From assembly GCA_015680685.1 (NCBI GenBank), contig MNCI01002273.1, positions 43,018 to 107,017 on the forward strand: 64,000 nt of DNA, read 5' to 3'. Below, piece after piece: positions 26,631 to 37,194 of this stretch (its first letter is position 1; every line of letters begins with the position of its first letter). This DNA comes from Gnetum montanum (lineage: Eukaryota; Plantae; Gnetophyta). The translations under genes were made by a program, and so were the position numbers. The notes below the pieces were generated by a model. It did no database searches. It saw nothing but the letters and a program-made list of their open reading frames with translations, and had not been told where the DNA came from.

Positions 26631-28966
26631 NNNNNNNNNNNNNNNNNNNNNNNNNNNNNNNNNNNNNNNNNNNNNNNNNNNNNNNNNNNNNNNNNNNNNN
26701 NNNNNNNNNNNNNNNNNNNNNNNNNNNNNNNNNNNNNNNNNNNNNNNNNNNNNNNNNNNNNNNNNNNNNNNNNNNNNNNNNNNNNNNNNNNNNNNNNNNN
26801 NNNNNNNNNNNNNNNNNNNNNNNNNNNNNNNNNNNNNNNNNNNNNNNNNNNNNNNNNNNNNNNNNNNNNNNNNNNNNNNNNNNNNNNNNNNNNNNNNNNN
26901 NNNNNNNNNNNNNNNNNNNNNNNNNNNNNNNNNNNNNNNNNNNNNNNNNNNNNNNNNNNNNNNNNNNNNNNNNNNNNNNNNNNNNNNNNNNNNNNNNNNN
27001 NNNNNNNNNNNNNNNNNNNNNNNNNNNNNNNNNNNNNNNNNNNNNNNNNNNNNNNNNNNNNNNNNNNNNNNNNNNNNNNNNNNNNNNNNNNNNNNNNNNN
27101 NNNNNNNNNNNNNNNNNNNNNNNNNNNNNNNNNNNNNNNNNNNNNNNNNNNNNNNNNNNNNNNNNNNNNNNNNNNNNNNNNNNNNNNNNNNNNNNNNNNN
27201 NNNNNNNNNNNNNNNNNNNNNNNNNNNNNNNNNNNNNNNNNNNNNNNNNNNNNNNNNNNNNNNNNNNNNNNNNNNNNNNNNNNNNNNNNNNNNNNNNNNN
27301 NNNNNNNNNNNNNNNNNNNNNNNNNNNNNNNNNNNNNNNNNNNNNNNNNNNNNNNNNNNNNNNNNNNNNNNNNNNNNNNNNNNNNNNNNNNNNNNNNNNN
27401 NNNNNNNNNNNNNNNNNNNNNNNNNNNNNNNNNNNNNNNNNNNNNNNNNNNNNNNNNNNNNNNNNNNNNNNNNNNNNNNNNNNNNNNNNNNNNNNNNNNN
27501 NNNNNNNTTGGCCAGATGTCATCGCACCGTGTTCAGTAGTACATGGGATTGGGGAAATGAAGGTTGTAGCTGGATAGGGAAATGAAAATTGTGGGGGTTG
27601 GGACCTGATCAAGGGATTTTGCATGGTAAAGGGGATGCTCTGATGTGTACACGGGTCATGTTGATCCTTGTTAATAGCCATTATTTAGCAGACTCGGAAT
27701 CAAGACATGAGATGTGCGTCCTTTGGCGAAACAAGACTCTTGTTTAGTGTTTAAGAGGACTTGTTGGCCACGTGATGGTGGGTTACGTTCTTTGGAGGAA
27801 CAGGCCCTTTGTTTGGTGTTAAAGAAAACTTGTTGGTGGAGAGCCAAAGCTGCACAATGAGATGTTACTTGAGCTTTTGAGACATGAGTGTTTATTTCCA
27901 AGACAACTGCCTTCCTGCCTAAGGCTTATGGGAAGTGCCAAGGGTCTTGTGGTTCATTTTGCTCTTTGCTCTTTTCTCTTTTCTTTTTCCTTGCTTTATT
28001 TTTCCTTTTTTCTTGTGTTTTATCTCTTTTTTTGGAAATATCTTTCTTTCAATTTTTCACTCATGCTCATGTGTCATATTGTGTATTGCAGTTGCTTGAG
28101 AGTGTCACAACGTGTAACAATGTGCTCAAATTTTTGGGGTGTACTGGGTGTATCTGGGAACTGTAACCAGGTAGAAAAGGGAATAAGAGTGTTGGGGAAA
28201 TAGAGAATGTATTGGGAATTAGGAATGTACTTTTGAACAGATTGATTAACCTGGTTGCGTGTGTCAGAAACAATGTGACACCTTATCACCGTGATGAAGT
28301 GTATCGATGTACGAGCACCACTAGGTATCATCCTGCAAACACAACTCAAAGAAGACAAGAAAATGACAAGTGAATGAGTTAGTAAACACTTCAGACATGA
28401 GTGTGACTGATGCAAATGGAGACACCATGTGAAACTTAAGGCAAACAGAATGGGCAGCAATAGTATTGTCAGAGCCGGTGTAATGAATGATGCAGCAGGC
28501 ATTGATGAAGAAATGTCATGAATTACAGCAGTAGATGAATGTGTCAGAAATGATATGGCCAGTGTATAGTCTTAGTGGACTATAGTGGGTTAGTTTTATG
28601 TCATAACCCATTGGACGTTGCCAGTTTATCATCGTAGCGGACGGTACGATGCTAGTTTATAGTCGTGGCGGACTATGAAGAGGCAAGCTAGTTTATAGAC
28701 TTAGTGGACTCTGGTGAATAAGTGTGACACTTTAGTATCATCTCAGATGAAGCTCTGTGGTGTCAATTTACCATCATGATGCCAGGACATTCTGTGGTAT
28801 CATTTTTAAGTCATGATGCTAGGACTACTCTGTGTGGATGCATGCATGTGTGTCTGTATGATCCTGTAAACAAAAGCTATTAGAGAAAACAATGTTAAAT
28901 AGCACCTGTAGAAAACATGAACTGAAATGCACAAGTAAATAGAAAACAATGTGAAACGGTGGTAGT

Positions 28967-31900
28967 TTAAGGCCTTTTCAGGTCACATGTAAATGCGTAG
29001 CCTAGTACAATGCAAACGAAGGTGACATATCCACAATGAACAAAGGTGAAGAGTGGGAGGGGATTAGACATGTCATTGGCCGTAGGGGAGTCTTGATTAT
29101 GCGGTTGTTTCTTAGTCGGACATGGTGTAGGAGGTGTGCTAGTTTGCTCTAGGAGGCTTTCATTTTTTACCCCTTGTTCGGGCATTTTAGCTCTAGGTGT
29201 TGTGTTTGTTGTTGTGGTGGGTGTTGCTTCAAGAGCTTTCTCTTTCAAGACCTGTGACATGTCTATGTTGTGGTTAGCTTGAAAGGGAGTGTTTTCACCA
29301 TGTATAATGACTTGTGTGCCTTCGTATGGAAGGAAGATTTCTTGATGTATCGGTGAGGAAATGGCTCGTTGTTTTGCTAGCCATGGTCTGCCAAGAATCA
29401 TGTTGAAATTAGGCATCTCTTCTATGACAGTGAATTCCGCGCTGGTGGGGAATTGTTCTCCTGCCACAAAGGCTAAGTTGATTGTGCCCTTAACTGTGAC
29501 ACATGATCCATTGAAAGATTTTAAACACATGGTTTCTGTTGGCATGATCTCATCTGCCATGCCTAGTTTGTTGATGACGGAGTATAGAACTACGTTTGTT
29601 GCCGCACCATCATCAACGTGCACTCTGCGAATGGTACATTGGCCAACATGTACACTAATCGATAATGGAGCTTTTGTGACTTCCCCTAGTTCAGGGTTAC
29701 ATTTAATTGCATCATCACGAAAGGCTAAGGTGTTTGAACCCAATCCTTGTGGTGTGTGTTGTGAAATCATTGCACGGATGGATTCCAGGTTAGCAGGAAT
29801 GTCCTCTGTAACAGGAATGGATGCTAACGTTTACACTAAGGCTTCACGATGAGCCGATGATGTCATGACCAAATTGTATAAGCTCATAGTTGTGTTCTTT
29901 TGTTTGAGCGTTTGTTTCACCTGGGCCAGTGTAGCTACAAAGTCTGTGTTGTCTGTCGTTGTGTTGGTTGCCTCTGTATGGGTTGAGGGCTTGGGCCTGG
30001 TTTGTTTGGGATTAGAGGTAGGGCCCCTAGTGTTCAGTTGTTGTATATTAGGTGTGTCCTTTGTTTCAGCTGTGGGTATTGTTTGTTGTTCATTTTTCCT
30101 CTTTTGCTGCCATTTGGTAGGCTTATCCATGTTGTTGGCAAGGTTGACTCTTGAGGGAGAAGAGGTTGAGACATTGCCTATGGTTGGGCTCAGGGTAAGT
30201 GAGGGGCCATCGCATGGTGGCACTTTTATGACAAATGGGAGTTTAGGAGGTGTTGTTGTTATTTTACTAGCCCGTTGTGGCACCTTGATAATGAAAGGTT
30301 TCTTTGCTATTGTTGTTGGTGCAACATACTAGTTTAACATCTTAGCAGACGACTGTGGTGGTACTATGACCACAAAGGGTGTCTTTGGTGCTTGGGATTG
30401 CATTGCATCTAGCCAGTTTAACGTCTTAGCGGACGTGTGAGGTGGTGGTACCTTGACCACAAAAGTTGTCATCGGTGCTCTAGGTGGCACCTTGGTGATG
30501 ATGGGAGGTCTCTTGCTCGTGGAGGCATAGGGGATTGTTGCCTTTCTAGGAGGCACACGAATTACAAAAGGTTGTTGCACAGGTTTATCTATGCCAATGG
30601 AGTTTATGACATAGGAGGCATCATTTGTGCTGGGTTGATTCAGGGTGTTGATGTTTAGTTGGCCTCGTTCTATCATTGCTTATAGATCATCCTTTAAAGC
30701 ACGTTAGGTGTCGGTATTGTGACCAGACATCTGCTGGTAATGGCAAAATTGGTCTAACTTGAAATGTCATGGAACTGAGGGCTCATTTGGTGCTGCTAAG
30801 GTGGGGTTCTTTAGTAACTCGCAATACCTGTCATGTCGGCAGTGAGCATTCTCCGCTACATGTTTGTATTGGATTTTCCCGGCTTTAAGGAGTTGCTCTA
30901 CTAGTTCCGAAGGTCGCGCAGGTAGCGATGTGTACTTAGAGTGATCCTTGCATTGAAAATTGGACCTTAAGGTGGCCCCTATTGTTGCATGCAGGTTGGT
31001 ACTGGTGGTAGTTGTTTTTGTGCTTGCGGCCACAGTTTCCATTGTTGCCTTTTGTTTGACAACGTGTTGGTTCTTGTAAGCCACATAGGCGGGGTCATTG
31101 CTGGTTTGTGCAGCTTGTTCAATGTTCTTGATCTGTGTGAACGCTTGGCTCAACATTTAAGCACTAAGGTAGTATAGTTTTTGACTTAATGAAGTCATTC
31201 ACAGCTCCCTTCAGAATTGTAAGCAAATACTTTTCAGGGATGGGCTCATGAAGTTCGTTAAGGGTTGCACTCCATCGTTGGATGAACTTTTGCACAGGCT
31301 CAAGTGGTGCTTATTTCACCTATATCAGACTATCTAGTGTGGCTTCAGGCTTGAGGTTGTACTTAAATCGGGGAACGAACTAATGTAACAAGTCCTCCAG
31401 AGAGGATATGGAGTTACGAGGCAAGGCTCAGTACCAGTCTAAGGCTACACCTGTTAAGGACATAGAGAACACTCGCAAGATTACGTGGGGCCAAGCTTGA
31501 AGCAATAGAGTTTCTGATCGAAACATGACAAGGTGAGCATTTGGATCTCCCTTCCCATTGTACTTGGTTAACTGGGGCCGTGTTATTCCCTTGGGTAAAG
31601 CTAACGGTGGCACTGAAGAGCTAATTGGATTGTCGCGGTAGAAATCCAGTATTTTAACTTGTTCAGTGTTGTCAGCTTTGAGTTGCTTTATCTCATCCAC
31701 TAACGCTTGCATCATCTATTTTGCTTCTGCCCACTCTTGAGCGGTAGGTAGATTAGTTGGTTGGGGAGGTTGTTGGGTTGTCATTTGTTGCTGTGGAGTG
31801 ATATTTAGAGTTGCAGTTGTGGGGTGTGGCACATTGAAGTGAGTGGATTGTTGAACAAGGGGTATGGTCCCTTGCCTAGCCACAAACTATGAAGTGACAC

Positions 31901-32404
31901 CCTAGATGTGTGGGGCCAATGTAGTGAAGGTGGCCCCATGCGTTTGCACGTGCAGTATGTACTAGGTGGAGATGGGGATGGGAAATCTTTGTTGGGGTAC
32001 TGGTGCTTCCGTGCTCATTGACACTTGGTGAGTGGTCATCTATCCCATGCGAGGATGGAATGTTGGGTTCACGTAGGCATGGGGACTGAGGGTGTGGTAT
32101 GAATCCTCAGGGTCGGATTGTGCCTCGAAGTCATCTACATCATGGCAATGGGTCATGTGTTTTGGCCCCTTGCCAAAAGGAGCTAGGAGATGAGCCTATG
32201 ATGAGGATTAGAAAGGGGGATGATCTCATATATAGAGGGGATGAATTCATCACCTCCCATGTATATGTGCTCGAAGTTTCATTTTGCCTCCTATTTTGTG
32301 TGGTCAATAGGAAGGTTGGCCTGAATCTTCACACAGATGTAGTTATATTGTTCTTGTGTGGGGACTATGAAGGCACGTGCGCTGGAGTTTTGGGATGATT
32401 CCAT
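28967..32404 (-). pseudogene. gag: gag-protease of element B
   Basis: TKYNGKGDPNAHLVMF...VFSMSLTGVALDWY; PFV(I/V)xVPP repeats; protease RRVHVDDGAATN...FNMILGRPWL...SSPIHQ; scattered stops. Confidence 0.9.
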
Positions 32405-32759
32405 GGTGATGTGTGACGGTGCAGCGTATGAGTTAGCTGACAAGTGCCGAGTGTGTTTCGGGCTAAGTGTGCAGAGTGTCCGGTGTGTGAATGCTGAAAA
32501 TTTTTCTAAGTGTCCAGCGTGTACAACGTAAACGGGAGAAAATTTGGCTAAGTATGAAATTATGAACCATAGTCGTATGCAGATGGCAATCTCGGGTAAG
32601 AGGAAGTCATCTCAGAATCGTTATGTTGTGTGTATTGTATGCCTTAGACAAGGTGATCCATGTTGGTGGCCATTAGTACTTAGATCGATTTGAAGTAGGT
32701 GTGAATCGCAGCGAATTTGGCTTTGAAATGGGCTCGTTTTGGGTGTTTTTGTTGAGAAA

Positions 32760-33170
32760 ACACTGTAGCGGTACTATAGTAGTACTGTAGCAGCGTAAAC
32801 ACTATAGTAGCGTAAAAACACTGTAGCAGCGTAAAAGCACTGTAGCAGCTTAAAAGCGCTGTAATAGCGTAAAAGCACTGGAGCAACGTAAAAGCACTGT
32901 AGCAGTGTAAAAACACTGTAGTAGCGTAAGAACATTGTAGCAGCGTAAACATTGACAGCGTAGATAGAGTTTTATGTGCAGCGTAGAGAATGTCTACAGC
33001 GTAAAGTGTGCAGTGTATATGTCGGCAGCATAAACAAAGTTCAGCATGTAGCGTAAACGGAGTCTACAGCGTAGGGAGTGCAGCGTAAACGCAACAGCGT
33101 ATACGCTGGGAGGTTTGTAGGCAGAGTCAGCATAAACGCGGTAGCATAGACGCAGTAGCGTAGATGCTGA
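32760..33170. repeat. 5' UTR tandem repeats of B (19-bp CACTGTAGCAGCGTAAAAG, ~10 copies, then looser AGCGTA repeats)
   Basis: Read directly at 32761-32950. Confidence 0.9.
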
Positions 33171-33203
33171 GAACTCTGAGGCACAATAAGTCTTAGGTAG
33201 AGG

Positions 33204-33220
33204 CCCTTCTTCTAGCGCCA
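33204..33220 (-). promoter_or_regulatory. Primer-binding site of B, complementary to the plant tRNA-Asn 3' end
   Basis: TGGCGCTAGAAGAAGGG, 5 nt from the LTR end; from memory, plant tRNA-Asn(GUU) ends ...CCCUCCUUCUAGCGCCA (1 mismatch). Confidence 0.75.
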
Positions 33221-33225
33221 ATTTC

Positions 33226-35161
33226 TGTACCGACTGAAATCGTCAGTCTTTGGCTAGAAGGAAACAGAGACCGAGGGATCACGGGACATGCATAGAAGAC
33301 CCTACCTTCGCTTGAGGGCGAGCTGAAATGGACGAAGGTAGAGTACCTTGGGTGGTCCGCACGCGGATCAGACAAGGATTTCCCCGAACATATACCGAGG
33401 TGCTATATGTTGGGTTATACGTGAACAGCTTAACAGGCGTAAAATGAAGTGTAAACAGACGTAACACAGAGCGTAAATAGCGTAAACAGAGCGTATACAA
33501 TGTAAATAGCACGTAAACAGAGCGTAAACGTAAAGAGAGCGTAAATAGCACACACATAACAATTGATGTAAACTGTAACAGATTTGGGAAGAAAATGTAA
33601 CAATGATATTTCAAAATGAGAGTTCCATGCATTGGTCTAACGTAGTTGTGATGGGGACACAAGGCAGATGAAAAGCCCAGTGGATGCAGGAACAACTGTG
33701 GGCTGGTTCGCACTATAGGCATAGCGTAGAGGCTGTGTGCTCAGCGTACAGGGTTATCCAGTATACAAGGTTCTCTGCTCTGGTTCTTAGTGTCTCTATT
33801 TTTGCTCAAGATTGCCAACCCCGATCTAATAAAAAATTGGGATTTTTATACAGGTTTAGATGTTAGACTTGGGTTGGGTGACACATGGGGCATTGACCGG
33901 GTGTGAAAGAAAATTACAACTGTACAGCGTACAGGATGCTAGCGTATAGGATGTCAGTGTACAGCATGCCAGCATATAGGATGCTAGCGTAGAGCATGCT
34001 AGTGTACAAGATGCCAGTGTACAGGATGCCAACATAGAGGATGCTAGCGTAGAGGATGCCAGCGTAGAGGATGCCAGCGTATAGGATGCCAACGTAGAGG
34101 AAAAATGTACCCAGTGTATAGGCATGAAAATGCTTTATTTTAAGGTCAAAACTTGATTTTCGGGTGCCTGAGAGCTACTGGGGACCTTGGGGAAGGTCCT
34201 AGATGGTCTAGACCTTCAATTCTAGCCTATTTAGAGGAGTTTCTGGAGCCCAAAAGTTGTTGTACGCTGGGCTATACACTGGGCTTGCAGAGTACGTATG
34301 CTCAGCGTATAGGTCATGGAAATGCATCATTTCGAGGTTGAAACTTGATTTTTGGGTGCCTGAGAGCTACTGGGGACCCTGGGAAAGGTCCTAGGGGGTC
34401 CAGACACTTAGTTCTGGCATGTTCTAACTCATTTCTGGGGCCCAAAAGTCTCTCTACGCTGGCTACACCCTGGGCGTATATGCTGGGCGTAGACGAATGA
34501 AAGACCATCATTTGGAGCCCAAAATTTGATTTTCAAGTGCCTGAGAGCTACTAGGGACCCTGGGCAAGGTTTTGGGGGGTCCAAATGCTCAGTTCTGGCA
34601 TGTTCTAACTCATTTCTGGGGCCTGAAAGTCTCTCTACGCTAGCTGCACCCTACCTCCATACGCTGTGCCTATAGTTTAACCCAGCGAACAGTCATCCCT
34701 GCATCTATCAGGGCTTTTCGTCTGCCTTGTGTTAAAGCTACAACTATGTTAGACCGGTGCATGGAAATCTCATTTTGAAATATCATTATTACATTTTCTT
34801 CCCAAATCTGTTACGGTTTACATCAATTGTTATGTGTGTGCTATTTACGCTCTCTTTACATTTACGCTCTGTTTACGTTGTTTACGCGCTATTTACGCTG
34901 TATACGCTATTTACACTCTGTGTTACGTTTGTTTACACTTCATTTTATGCCTATTACGCTGTTCACGTATAACCCAGTGTATAGCACCTCGGTATACATT
35001 AGGGGAAATCCTTGTCTGATCCGCGTGCGGACCACCCAAGGTACTCTACCTTCCTCCATTTCAGCTTGCCCTCAAGTGAAGGTAGGGTCTTCTGTGCATG
35101 TCCTGTGATCCCCCTGTCTCTGTTTCCTTCCAGCCGGAGACCAATGATTTCGGTCGGTACA
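33226..35161 (-). repeat. 5' LTR of B (1936 bp) with ~507-bp terminal inverted arms, 15-bp repeats (33925-34100) and three ~185-bp repeats (34150-34650)
   Basis: 33226-~33732 is the reverse complement of ~34655-35161. The mirror ORFs in the ORF track (33279- and 34757+) confirm this. Confidence 0.9.
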
Positions 35162-36430
35162 CCCCCGCCTACCCCAGGTCCAATGGTGGGAACTATGTTA
35201 CAAGCTACTCATCCAAAATCATACCCTAAGAGATGTGATGAGAGACTTGCTAATAAAATGATAAGGAAGCATATGGATCTAGGTCCTCCTAAGCCCATCC
35301 CTTTATCAGCCATCCCCATGGCCTCATCGTCTTAGGCTACCAACACAAATGCAAATAGCTAATAGACAAGTGTTGAGGCTAAAAACCCCACTGCACAACC
35401 AAAAGTCAAATCTCCTCCCTAGGATATTTATGTCTTAGGATGCATGGAGGAGGTAAAAGCCACCAAAATAATAGATGATGGAAAAGATTTCTTGAACACG
35501 CTAGCATAAGTTAAACAGGCTCTAAAACAAAAAAAAAACATGACTTTGAGCCTATATGACTTGATTATGACCTCTTCTATTCATCATGAGGCATTGGCAT
35601 GCATGTGGATTTCTATTCATATTAAGGAAGATATTCCAGAAAATGAAAAGACCATTCATGCCATAATGCTTCAACTTGTAACCAAAGATTCAAGGTCAAC
35701 ACCCTTGACATTTTATGATGAGGTAATCAAAGCTAACCTTGAAAAGGGTTAGGTAACCATTGCACCCATGTTTATAATAATTCATGTAGGCCAATATAAA
35801 ATTCATATGATGCATGTTAATGATAGGGTGGCAACCAATGCCATTCCATTCTCTATTGTTGACAAGCTTGGCCTAGTTGATCAAATCAAGCCAACAAAAA
35901 CAACATTCTTGAAATCCTTTAATGGAATGCACGTTGTTGTAAAAGGAACAATCACAATAGATTTTGTGGTAGGGAAGTAATTTCTCACTAATGTTGAATT
36001 CATTATAGTTGAAGAAATTTCTAAATTCAAGCTAATCCTAGGGAGGTCTTGGCTAGCCTAGCTACGGGCTATTTCTTCACCTATTTACCAAGAGATCCAT
36101 TTGCCCTATGAGGATGGTGAGGTAGTGGTCTATGATCACAATATAAATCCCCCACCCCCTCCCCCTTTTACCATCAACAACATTGATATAGAATAAGAGT
36201 CAGAGGTAGAGTTCTCTGAAGATGCATTGTCTATTCAAAATGAAAGTCAATGTTGTTCAACTAATTTTAAACATTGAAGTAAGATGAGCAACTTTCCTGA
36301 GGAAGCTCTTTGGGCAGAATTTCCCTTCTCTACAATAGACAAAGGCCTAGGGGAATACTATCTTATGCCTCCCAGGCCTTACATGTCTCCTAACCTACAT
36401 TGGATCAGAAAACAACTACATGACTAAGGC
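35162..36430 (+). pseudogene. gag C-terminus and protease of element C
   Basis: LSLYDLIMTSS, HVNDRVATNAI, LKSFNG, LILGRSWLA, ISSPIYQ; collinear with the B protease. Confidence 0.85.
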
Positions 36431-37194
36431 ATGCCCTTAGTTCACCAGCATGTTCCACTTGCCCTTTGTTCTTTGCCTGTACAGTTACAATTGCATTATT
36501 GTTTATATTTTGCATTAGTTATGTCATTTCTTTTGCAAAATGTAGAATAAGGGTCAGAGGTAGAGTTCTCTGAAGATGCATTGTCTATTCAAAATGAAAG
36601 TCATTGTAGTTCAGCTAATTTTAAACATTGAAGTAAGATGAGAAACCTCCCTGAGGAAGCTCTTTGGGTAGAATTGTCCTTCTCTACAATAGACAAAGGC
36701 CTAGGGGAATACTATCTTATGCCTCCCAGGCCTTACATGTCTCCTAACCTACATTGGATCAGAAAACAACTACATGGCTAAGACATGCCCTTAGTTCACT
36801 AGCATGTTCCACTTGCCCTTTGTTCTTTGCTTGTACAGTTACAATTGCATTATTGTTTACATTTTGCATTAGTTATGTCATTTCTTTTACAAAAATAAAG
36901 TTAAAAATTATAAAAAAAGGGGCCCAAAAAGGCATTAAACTAGCGGTGGTTCAAAATAGCCTTAAACTAGTGATGGCCCTTCTACCATGGCCTTAAACTA
37001 GAATGGGGCCCAAAAGGGGCCTAATTGCATCAATCAAATCATAAGTTAAATTTACAAAAACATGATATGAAATACAACAAAATGAGAAGAAAATAATTTT
37101 TACATTTCCATTGAATTATCAATAATGTATGTAGTTCAAGTTTACATCCGAAACATCAAATCTTCAAAAATGCAAAATTTCCCAATAATAGGGC

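Larger units (their letters stand above)
25776..35161 (-). mobile_element. Element B: less decayed, gag-PR-only Tat-type element inserted in C gag
   Basis: TGTAC...GTACA ends; TSD CCCCT/CCCCC; host frame FVIRMLRCVDP|PPTPGPMVG is continuous. PBS at 33204-33220. No RT/RH/INT in called bases. An 877-N gap lies at 26631-27507. Confidence 0.85.

Noticed and set aside
26203-27681. 492-aa and 308-aa ORFs; ASCTL/ASSTL repeat protein
   Set aside because: Read-through of 877 Ns plus translation of a 15-bp LTR repeat.
29361-30658. Plus-strand hydrophobic ORFs opposite B gag-PR (env-like?)
   Set aside because: Antisense shadows of Thr/Pro/Lys-rich gag and protease codons.
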